Shown: piece after piece, positions 9,312 to 17,371 of the stretch
How positions within the stretch are numbered: the stretch's first letter is position 1
Layout: each line of letters opens with the position of its first letter
NCBI GenBank assembly: GCA_002505455.1
Contig: DAVB01000002.1
Span: 1 to 62,588, forward strand
Reading direction: 5' to 3'
Origin: Euryarchaeota archaeon UBA52
Lineage (GTDB): Archaea > Thermoplasmatota > Poseidoniia > Poseidoniales > Thalassarchaeaceae
DNA: 62,588 nt
Translations under genes and position numbers: made by a program
The notes under the pieces: generated by a model
What the model saw: the letters and a program-made list of their open reading frames with translations, nothing else
Databases searched by the model: none
Told to the model about the DNA's origin: nothing

Positions 9312-12194
9312 CTAAGCAACCGAGTCTATCCATTCCATTGTTGCTTTCTCAAGCGCATCCGCTTTCTTTCTTCGCTTCATTATACGTTTCACACGCCTCC
9401 TCCATATGAGTAAGCCCAAGATTACTGAAATCCCAATAATATATGGTAGAGCCTCTCTTAGAACCAGTGACCAGGATATCATGATTGAGAGTTCTACAGT
9501 GTCTTTCTTCGTCTCGCATGGAGGTTCTTCTTCCGCATCTTCGCAATCGAAGACGGGAGTGAGGTAGACAAGTGTCGTATGTTCTCCTGATCTTTCTATG
9601 AATGCTCTTTGCATGCTGCTCTCGAACCTCAGAACTTCCATCGATGAGGGGAGTGTAATGCGTTCGATTACTACTGGCCTTATTGTCCCATATTCAGTTT
9701 CCTCGTCCAAGGGAACGACGTTGACTGCTCCCGAGAAAGGTCCGATGCCGTCCATGCCTATATCTGGCGACATAGAATTTCTGATTGTGGATATAAACGT
9801 CTCAAAAGCGGTCTGTTTGGCCACCCTAATTCCGAGTTCGTCATCGTTTAGCGAGATTCTGACTTGGGCGTCGGACATAGAGCCTCCAACTCGAAGTGGT
9901 TCTTTATCGGACATTTCTGGTGACTCCAAAGATTCGAATCTATCCACAGAGAGGGAAAGGGGAGCACCTGAGAGATCGATTATTGGAGTGACGGAGCCAA
10001 GGGTTCCCAATTCGATTTCAGAACCCTCTTCTTCGCCCAATGCAATCATCTTCAAACGGATTCTGGTCGTCATCTCTTCTGCTAGTTCCTGTAGCCCCTC
10101 ATTGGATATGTCAAGATCTAATGGTTGATTTTGATTGGAAAACGGAGGCTCAATTCGCTTGAATTCAGTTCCATTCAATATGCCGCCCTCTACTCTGTCT
10201 CCCACGCTGACGACGTGTCTCATCAAGTCAGAAGGCATTGGAGAAATGTCTACACCCTCTATCCCAAAGTCCACGTCGATCCTGTAGATATCCAGGGTAA
10301 AGTAAAGGTCAAACTCAACTACCGCTGAGGAAGACAATTCTCGAATTGATATGCTTTCGATGCTGAAGTCAACGGTTGCTGCGACACATGTGGACTGTGA
10401 TGATTTGCAGATCACGTCTTGGCTGTCATCAGTACAGAGCGTTGAATTCATGCATATCGCATGTCTCCAATCGAATTGTCTGGTTCCTTCGACACTAATT
10501 TGTTCGATGCCGTCTTCATTGGAGACATCGAGAATGAGGTTCGATGGATTTCCACTGGTCGATCTGACCCAGCTTGGAAGATCTATGCGTATTTGCAAAT
10601 CTGAATCAGGGAGTATGTCTGGAAGGCTTCCCGCTATCCAACCGACATCATGGGAGAGATCAACTGATAGTACAGACATCATCCTTGCTAGGTCTTCGTC
10701 TGTGAATGCAGAAATGTCAATCTGTGCAATATCCATGCCACTATTCTCCAAAAGACGTGCGAAAGTCTTCGAGAGTTCTATTGGAGCGGGATTGCTGTAC
10801 GCGGATATTAGGATTGGATATGTCGTGCCCATCGAATTGGGCCCAGCCAAGCAATAGCGAGAAGGGGATGTCTCTGAACAAGTTGAACCCGGTGTGTGGA
10901 TGAAATCAAGTCCACCGGATTCATTGGTCTGGGAAAAGAATGGTGTCTCCAGTTGTATATCGTTTCCAAGGACCTCGCTGAGAGATGTAGATATCTCATC
11001 CATCGGTATGCCATTTAGAACCTGATTCAACCCTACGTCTGTTTCCTCGTCCAGAAGTCGAAGTCCATCGGCAGTAACCCATGGTACGTCGACTCCATCC
11101 TGCTCAATGTCGACTGACCATGCTTCCAGAGTTGAAGCATCCAAGTGGTGTAAGGCGATTTCTAGGCCGAATCTAGCCCTAGATGTGTCGACCGCGTCAA
11201 CAACTAAGTTGATCGATAGCCCTGATTCGTCTGTCTGGCTTAGATCGACGGTGGGCGTTTCGTCGGGAAGGTGCCGAATTGTTGCATCCAATGTCAAAGG
11301 AGATGCTGGTTGAAGGGGGCTTTCTCCAACTCTGTCCTCGTCGATGACTGCAAATCTCTGTGTTCGAACATCGCTTATATCTCGGTTTACAATGGATGTG
11401 CCTTGCCTTGCCGAGGTTGCTTCGGCATATTGAGGCGGGATGAGGGACATCTCTAGAGACTGGCCCGCCTCGACTAGAAGATCGAACTCAAGATCTACCG
11501 AGGCACCCATTATCAAGAGTCCAACCAGAGTTCTATCCAGATTCCCCCTAGTTTCGTCCATGCCAATTGAAGAGGCATTGATAGTCACCGAGAGTGCTGA
11601 TCTAACACATACGGGGGGCCAGAATGGGTCATTGTCTCTGAGTTCATCCTCATCAGCAGAATCGATTGATGAATCAGCGGTACATTGCAGATTCGGGGAG
11701 AGTGTTCTCGGTACGAGGCTGACTGTGTTAGTAACAGGCTGGCCTATAGATTCGAAATTGTCGCCGAGAACATTTGCAACCATTCTATCTACCTCGTCGA
11801 AGACCCTCTCACTCACGATTCTCCCATCGGCTGTTTGCTCATCGAAGAAATTCCTGATATGATCAGCAGGGATTCCGTCCCCGGGGTCAGAGTCGCCTTC
11901 GAGATCTAGTTCTTGCAGACCAAGCTGCGTTCTGCTTAACTCGTGCATTGCAACAAATATCTCTATCTCAATCTCACTTGCACTTTCCATGGAAAGTTGC
12001 ACTGCGATCTGTGACCAATCTGGACCAATGGTTGCATCTAGGTTTGAGTCGTAGTCATCGCATATTCCCCCAGGAGTTGCATTGGTGTCGCAAATTGAAT
12101 TCTGAACCTCCGGCGAACCGGGCGGGGGGTCCGCGCTAACCGTCGATATCGCCATTATGGCGACGAGGAAAACAGAAGTGAATTTCACCCCCAT
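9312..12194 (-). CDS. Large acidic type-I membrane-anchored surface protein (960 aa) with three internal ~270-aa repeats, unknown function
   Basis: Start moved to ATG 12194 (MGVKFTSVFLVAIMAISTVSA, signal peptide). C-terminal TM YIIGISVILGLLIW followed by a basic tail. Repeated motif IPADHIR / VTADGLR / MPSDLMR. Confidence 0.8.
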   Translation of the reverse strand: MGVKFTSVFLVAIMAISTVSADPPPGSPEVQNSICDTNATPGGICDDYDSNLDATIGPDWSQIAVQLSMESASEIEIEIFVAMHELSRTQLGLQELDLEGDSDPGDGIPADHIRNFFDEQTADGRIVSERVFDEVDRMVANVLGDNFESIGQPVTNTVSLVPRTLSPNLQCTADSSIDSADEDELRDNDPFWPPVCVRSALSVTINASSIGMDETRGNLDRTLVGLLIMGASVDLEFDLLVEAGQSLEMSLIPPQYAEATSARQGTSIVNRDISDVRTQRFAVIDEDRVGESPLQPASPLTLDATIRHLPDETPTVDLSQTDESGLSINLVVDAVDTSRARFGLEIALHHLDASTLEAWSVDIEQDGVDVPWVTADGLRLLDEETDVGLNQVLNGIPMDEISTSLSEVLGNDIQLETPFFSQTNESGGLDFIHTPGSTCSETSPSRYCLAGPNSMGTTYPILISAYSNPAPIELSKTFARLLENSGMDIAQIDISAFTDEDLARMMSVLSVDLSHDVGWIAGSLPDILPDSDLQIRIDLPSWVRSTSGNPSNLILDVSNEDGIEQISVEGTRQFDWRHAICMNSTLCTDDSQDVICKSSQSTCVAATVDFSIESISIRELSSSAVVEFDLYFTLDIYRIDVDFGIEGVDISPMPSDLMRHVVSVGDRVEGGILNGTEFKRIEPPFSNQNQPLDLDISNEGLQELAEEMTTRIRLKMIALGEEEGSEIELGTLGSVTPIIDLSGAPLSLSVDRFESLESPEMSDKEPLRVGGSMSDAQVRISLNDDELGIRVAKQTAFETFISTIRNSMSPDIGMDGIGPFSGAVNVVPLDEETEYGTIRPVVIERITLPSSMEVLRFESSMQRAFIERSGEHTTLVYLTPVFDCEDAEEEPPCETKKDTVELSIMISWSLVLREALPYIIGISVILGLLIWRRRVKRIMKRRKKADALEKATMEWIDSVA

Positions 12195-12218
12195 AGTACT
12201 GTTCAGAGGGGTGACCGT

Positions 12219-12228
12219 CTTTATCATC
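12219..12228. promoter_or_regulatory. Putative bidirectional TATA-like element for two divergent leaderless genes
   Basis: CTTTATCATC lies in a 52-bp gap, about 25 nt from both ATG 12194 (-) and ATG 12247 (+); neither gene has an SD. Confidence 0.4.
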
Positions 12229-12246
12229 GCGCCTTCCCGATTACTC

Positions 12247-13152
12247 ATGGCTCGTTTCGACCCTCACTCAAGTTTGGAGGAAGGTCTGAGGAATCTATTG
12301 ATTCAGGAAGGTCTTCCAGAGGATATTCCTCTTCCCCCTGATATCCCAGTGAAATGGGAACGTTTCGACGACGTCGTGATACTGCCAGCCTCGGCATTCG
12401 TCGATGAATTCTGGAGTTGCGTTTCTGAATCGTCTCTTTGGGTTTGCGTGGCTACATCTCTGGGGGCAAAGAGGGTCTTCCGGAAAGGGGAAGTCGATGG
12501 TCCGATGAGGAAGCCTAAGATTGAGGCTTTGCTGATGGGCTCGGGTGGGAGTTGGGCTGTACGGAGAGAGAATGGGATTCAGTACGGCTACGATATTCTG
12601 CAGTGTATGTGGAGTGCGGGTAACATCAATGAGAGGCGAAGGATGTATGAAATAGCCAAAAAGGGAGAGCGGGTTTTGGATATGTTCGCAGGAATTGGTT
12701 ACTACACCCTTCCTTCCCTCATGGCAGACCCCAGCATCACAGCATGGTCCTGTGAATGGAATGATGCCGCGATAGAGGCGCTGAAATGGAATCTAAAGGA
12801 GAATAGGGTTGAACATCAATGTACTATCCTGGAAGGAGATTGTAGAGAAACGGTGACATCGAGTAATCTAGTGGTTGATCGAATCATCCTAGGGCTTCTT
12901 CCTGATGCAACATCTGCTGTTAATGCGGCTATTGGGGCTATGTCGGATAGAGGAGGCGTGATTCATCTTCATGGATTAGCAGCCTCAGGAGAATATGGTC
13001 GCTATTCGGATAATTGGGTATCGGAAATTCAGGCCGCTTCGGATAATTTCAATGTTCATCCAATGGAAATGCATCGGATCAAAAGTTACGCGCCAAGATG
13101 GGATCATGTGGTGTTAGATCTGGGTTTAATTCCTAATCATGACTATGAATAA
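12247..13152 (+). CDS. taw2: tRNA wyosine-pathway SAM-dependent transferase, Taw2/TYW2 (Met-10+/Trm5-like family)
   Basis: ENGIQYGYD...CMWSAGNINERRRM, VLDMFAGIGYYTLP, CEWN, DRIILGLLP, GGVIHLH. Start moved to ATG 12247. Confidence 0.8.
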   Translation: MARFDPHSSLEEGLRNLLIQEGLPEDIPLPPDIPVKWERFDDVVILPASAFVDEFWSCVSESSLWVCVATSLGAKRVFRKGEVDGPMRKPKIEALLMGSGGSWAVRRENGIQYGYDILQCMWSAGNINERRRMYEIAKKGERVLDMFAGIGYYTLPSLMADPSITAWSCEWNDAAIEALKWNLKENRVEHQCTILEGDCRETVTSSNLVVDRIILGLLPDATSAVNAAIGAMSDRGGVIHLHGLAASGEYGRYSDNWVSEIQAASDNFNVHPMEMHRIKSYAPRWDHVVLDLGLIPNHDYE

Positions 13153-13168
13153 GGCGGGTGTGGGCTAA

Positions 13169-13867
13169 ATGATGCGTGAGGGGATTCCTGATTGGCTGTT
13201 TAGTGCGGCCCAGAGGTACAATCTAACGTCCCTTGAAAATCGAGATGCGTATGCTGGTCTGGTAGCTATACCAATAAATTCGCTATCTGAAATACTCGAA
13301 TGGACATTCAAATCGCTTCCAGATGAGATACTTGTAGGAATAGACGTGGATAATGAAAAAATGGATTGCTCCGAGGGATTGTCTCGTTACATCGGTTCGT
13401 CGAATGAACCTGGGCTATTTGCGGGTCAAGGGATGTTGGTTGGGAGGCCTCATCTTGTGAATCGTGGTGATTCCTATGAGGTTCATCACGTTCCAGAAGA
13501 GTGGGTGGATGGTCTATTCTCTGAAGATAGGGGCCCTCGCGGAGGGAGGTTTACCCACTGGCTGCATACTCATCCGAATGCTCCAGCAGTTCCGAGTGGG
13601 GCCGATGCAGAGGCTGCCCAATTCACCGAGGGAGTAGACATGATCCTTGGAGTCTGGTTTTCTCCTGAGGGGGCAGCCCCATGGTTCAATGACGTAGAAG
13701 GCGTAAGAAGGCCTCTTACCGAACTACCGGATGAAGAAGATCGCCCAGTAATCGGACGGGCTGTGACAGGGCACAGAATACATGGAGTGGAATTGATTGC
13801 CTTTCACAGGCGTGGCTTAGCCATAAATGTAGTATTGACTGATTCAGACGGCGTTCCAATCGAATGA
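13169..13867 (+). CDS. JAB1/MPN/Mov34 (JAMM) metalloprotease domain protein
   Basis: Intact JAMM motif H-x-H-x7-S-x2-D (HTHPNAPAVPSGAD, 13565-13606) with upstream acidic residue (LPDEILVG). Confidence 0.75.
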   Translation: MMREGIPDWLFSAAQRYNLTSLENRDAYAGLVAIPINSLSEILEWTFKSLPDEILVGIDVDNEKMDCSEGLSRYIGSSNEPGLFAGQGMLVGRPHLVNRGDSYEVHHVPEEWVDGLFSEDRGPRGGRFTHWLHTHPNAPAVPSGADAEAAQFTEGVDMILGVWFSPEGAAPWFNDVEGVRRPLTELPDEEDRPVIGRAVTGHRIHGVELIAFHRRGLAINVVLTDSDGVPIE

Positions 13868-13915
13868 ACAGGGCGCTTAGTCAATCTAGCCAACTCTCAT
13901 TCATGTAATTTGATA

Positions 13916-14455
13916 TCAGATTTTGAAAACTGAGTCCCTGTAATACTGCAATTCGCTTATTGAGCCCCTTATGTCCTCCAGAGCCTTGTGGTTAGGGGGC
14001 TTCGTATGCCGGGGGAGATCTGGCGCCCATCTCCTGATGACCTCTTTGAATGACGATACGTCGACTATTCGATAAGAGAGAAACTCATCCAACGCAGGCA
14101 TCTCCTTTCTTATGAAGCGACGATCATGGTGTACTGAAGAGCCTGCTAAAGGAAGCCCAGGTGGGCAGTGTTCCTTCAAGAAGGAGAGAGTTGCAGATTC
14201 TGCCTCTAAAATATCGACACCGCCACTCCTTATCCTCTCTATTAGCCCAGAGGATGTGTGAGTCTTCGTATTCCATTCGTCCATGGAATCAAGACGGCTC
14301 AAATCGTTGGGGGCTATCGCAAGTACTGGACCCTCTGCAACTAGCGATAGATCACCCTCAGTGACTATTGTAGCTATTTCAATTATGCAATCCCCTTCAT
14401 CTGGGCGTAAGCCAGTCATCTCTAGGTCGATCCACACCAAACGTCGCTCGCGCAT
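13916..14455 (-). CDS. orn: Oligoribonuclease (DEDDh 3'-5' exonuclease)
   Basis: LVWIDLEMTGL, IIEIATIVT, MDEWNTKTHTSSGL, DRRFI, YRIVDVSS, HKALEDIRGSI.EL.YYR. Start at ATG 14455. Confidence 0.93.
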   Translation of the reverse strand: MRERRLVWIDLEMTGLRPDEGDCIIEIATIVTEGDLSLVAEGPVLAIAPNDLSRLDSMDEWNTKTHTSSGLIERIRSGGVDILEAESATLSFLKEHCPPGLPLAGSSVHHDRRFIRKEMPALDEFLSYRIVDVSSFKEVIRRWAPDLPRHTKPPNHKALEDIRGSISELQYYRDSVFKI

Positions 14456-14534
14456 GTTGGGGGCTGCTATGCTGAAAACACATAGCAATTGGCTTGATGC
14501 ATTAGATGATAACCTGCTCCTTCCGGCTTACACT

Positions 14535-15797
14535 GTGACAAGCATAGGGTACGTGGAACTACTTCGTAAGAATCGTCCGTTTAGGAGGCTCTTTGCTGCG
14601 AATATGATATCATTCATCGGAGACTGGTTCACAATAATCTCGATGTTCCTGCTTGCGGGTGAAGTCTCGGACGGTTCGCCGCTCGCCATAGCTGGCGTTA
14701 TGGCCGTTCGCAGTTTGACACATGCACCTCTGGAGCCGCTAACAGGGATGTTTGCTGACAGGTATTCCAGGAGAGGCCTGATGGTTCTAGCCAATGGTTC
14801 CTCATTCGTAGTTCTCACGGCATTCCTTGCATTTGACCTGCTAGGCAGTCTCTGGTCAGTCTACGCCCTGACCTCTACGCTGGTTCTTGCCAGGGTCCTA
14901 TTCGACCCTGCTGAATATGCGTATCTTCCGAATATATGCGATGAGGATGAGCTCTTGACGGCAAATGCCATGGGAAGTGCAGGGTGGTCTGCCTCTCTTG
15001 GCATAGGTGCGGGCCTGGGTGGGCTGACAATCTCCCAGTTGGGCATTGAAACGGCACTCTGGATTGATACTCTAACATTCCTAGTCTCCGCATTGATGTT
15101 CGCCAGCCTGCCGTTCGGGGGCCCCAGCAAGGAAGAGCGAGGCGAAGGTGGGCTATTGACCGGCCTAGTGGAGATTGTGGACGGCTGGAGGCACATAAGA
15201 TCGAATCCGCCCATACGCAGGGTTGTTTTTGCCAAGGCGATGTGGGCTGCTGGTGGTGGTGCTCAGGTATTTCTGCTCATACTTATTGGCATGGAAGCTG
15301 GATTCGGAACAGTCGCTGCTGGATCCATAGGGGTACTGTATATGGCTCGTGGATTCGGATCCGGCACTGGTCCCGTAGTGGGCAGGAGGCTCATGCAATC
15401 AGATAGGCTGAGGCCTTCTCTTCTTGGATGGTCAATCCTCATCGCAGGCATATTCTATCTCGCCATATCAGCCGTTGAATGGACATGGATTATCCTAGTA
15501 CTGGTTTTCATATCTCACGGGAGCAGCGGTATAAACTGGGTTCTGAGCACTACCCTCCTTCAAGAGCGAACGGAGGATGAATGGCGTGGTCGTGTCGCAG
15601 GTACGGATTACTTGCTCTTGACTGGGATGATGGGCTTCTCTGCACTTGGTGCCGGGTTGATTCTGGAATATGATGTTCTCAGCCTTCGAGAAACAATCGC
15701 TGTTACTGCGTTTATTCAAATAGCAATGGGAATAATTTGGTTGGCCCTAGTGACTCCCTCAGAGCGATCAATGGCGAAATTAACTAACGCTTCCTAA
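14535..15797 (+). CDS. MFS transporter (DHA3/MFS_3-like H+ antiporter)
   Basis: About 12 hydrophobic segments, NRPFRRLFAANMISFIGDW, motif A GMFADRYSRR, EDEWRGRVAG. The GTG 14535 start is inferred. Confidence 0.85.
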   Translation: MTSIGYVELLRKNRPFRRLFAANMISFIGDWFTIISMFLLAGEVSDGSPLAIAGVMAVRSLTHAPLEPLTGMFADRYSRRGLMVLANGSSFVVLTAFLAFDLLGSLWSVYALTSTLVLARVLFDPAEYAYLPNICDEDELLTANAMGSAGWSASLGIGAGLGGLTISQLGIETALWIDTLTFLVSALMFASLPFGGPSKEERGEGGLLTGLVEIVDGWRHIRSNPPIRRVVFAKAMWAAGGGAQVFLLILIGMEAGFGTVAAGSIGVLYMARGFGSGTGPVVGRRLMQSDRLRPSLLGWSILIAGIFYLAISAVEWTWIILVLVFISHGSSGINWVLSTTLLQERTEDEWRGRVAGTDYLLLTGMMGFSALGAGLILEYDVLSLRETIAVTAFIQIAMGIIWLALVTPSERSMAKLTNAS

Positions 15798-15814
15798 TGT
15801 GGATACTGTAATCG

Positions 15815-16657
15815 TCAGATTCCACCTGCGTGTAGCATCAAAAGTGCTGCTATGAACATGGTTGGAAGCAGGGCCTCGAATAGAAGATTGGCCCTCCTCA
15901 TTGGCGATTTGCGACGAAAATCCTCTAGCTGCTCTCCGACAATCTGATTCATTCTCATTCGAATTACGCTCATCACAGTAGCATGTATCTGAGCGGAGAA
16001 AGGTGCGAGAATGTTAGAGTCAAGTCCGCGCTTTATCTGTTTTACAACAGCGACGGCGATCGGATTTTTTGACAATAGGCCCGCGAAACCTGAGAAGATA
16101 CCACTCTCCTCTTCAGCTGTCTCATTTAGGTCGGCCTGCTGCAACTCATTAAGGAACCAAGATCTTCTGAAGTCTTGATTCAGATTCCACGACTTGAACT
16201 CCTCCTCGGCGAACACCCACATGCCCTCTAATCGAATGTGTGTCGCCTCCAAGAATGCTCTGAGTCTCGATGACCTGCGTATATCTCGAGCCAGCCACAC
16301 TACAAGGAATCCAGCGAAAAGAGGGTAAGATATCGGAGAGAGTGCGGATGCGTGTATTTCTCTGGCTCCTACCAAGGTCATCACAGGGAGGGCGATTATC
16401 ATGGGTGCGAAGAGGATGAATACTTCACTGAGAATGAAAGACCTGCCGAGCCTCTGAATCGAAGGCTTCAGGAATATCTCGCTCACATTCATCAGATTTG
16501 AGATGGTGCTTCTTTGCTCCATGTCATCATCGATTGATGTTGCAAGTCGTCGAAGTGGTCCGATTACCAAAATGATTCTGATTAGGAATGCGATGGCAAG
16601 AACGACCACCAAGTAGTCTCTGACCGTCTCTGGGGGGAATACTGGCAGTATTTGCAT
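15815..16657 (-). CDS. Hypothetical membrane protein (about 4 TM), 280 aa
   Basis: Long ORF filling the gap; hydrophobic segments at the N-terminus, middle and C-terminus; G-rich SD-like run upstream. Confidence 0.7.
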   Translation of the reverse strand: MQILPVFPPETVRDYLVVVLAIAFLIRIILVIGPLRRLATSIDDDMEQRSTISNLMNVSEIFLKPSIQRLGRSFILSEVFILFAPMIIALPVMTLVGAREIHASALSPISYPLFAGFLVVWLARDIRRSSRLRAFLEATHIRLEGMWVFAEEEFKSWNLNQDFRRSWFLNELQQADLNETAEEESGIFSGFAGLLSKNPIAVAVVKQIKRGLDSNILAPFSAQIHATVMSVIRMRMNQIVGEQLEDFRRKSPMRRANLLFEALLPTMFIAALLMLHAGGI

Positions 16658-16737
16658 GCTGTACCCCCCCTAACTGAACAGCCTTCAGAATTACACAAGA
16701 GTCTTTTCTCGCTACATATGTTGAACAATGCCCTCAT

Positions 16738-17322
16738 TTATTCACTATTATGGGAGTCAGATTCCTGCATTTTTCTTCGTAATATTACGAATATGAGCAT
16801 TGATGATGCGAATAGCGCCAACAATGGCGCCAACAAGGCGATGAAAATCAGCGAGACTGAGGCGACGTCTTCGATGATGGAGAAAAATGGATTCGCCAGG
16901 CCAAGTGTGAACATCGAGGAAAGCCCTCTTCCGGCCACGGTGGCGGACTGGATTGACAGGGATGTGCCTCCTCCTGCGATAATTGCGAGGGCCCATTGGA
17001 CGGAAGGGTCTGCACCCTCCAAGGATATGGCGACTACTGATACCCCTGCTAGGCCTGCCATTGGGGTCGCGAGTGAGTCGAGCATGTTGTCCATCCATGG
17101 GATCTTATAGGCCAATATCTCGGATAGGGAAGCCACGCCCAGAAGTAGGATTGACACGTCCGATGAGAAAGCCTCGAATTCAGTACCATCTATATTGACG
17201 TCCAGGAAACCGAACCTCACCCACACAGCCATCAGGAATGGAGGCAGGAATACCCTGAATCCGGAAGCTGCGGCCAGGCCCAGCCCAGTGGACGCAGCGA
17301 TAAGCGCCTGGAAGGGGTCCAT
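16738..17322 (-). CDS. DUF4126 family membrane protein
   Basis: GLGLAAASGFRVFLP, EILAYKIPWMDNMLD, ANPFFSIIED match the DUF4126 pattern. Confidence 0.8.
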   Translation of the reverse strand: MDPFQALIAASTGLGLAAASGFRVFLPPFLMAVWVRFGFLDVNIDGTEFEAFSSDVSILLLGVASLSEILAYKIPWMDNMLDSLATPMAGLAGVSVVAISLEGADPSVQWALAIIAGGGTSLSIQSATVAGRGLSSMFTLGLANPFFSIIEDVASVSLIFIALLAPLLALFASSMLIFVILRRKMQESDSHNSE

Positions 17323-17371
17323 CGTCTATGCGTGAAGCGATTCAGCCATAGGCTTCTTGGCTTCTTGGCCG

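Noticed and set aside
17350-17371. Tandem GGCTTCTT(G) repeat downstream of the 682-aa gene
   Set aside because: Only two short copies, no hairpin or U-tract on the coding strand; no function supportable.
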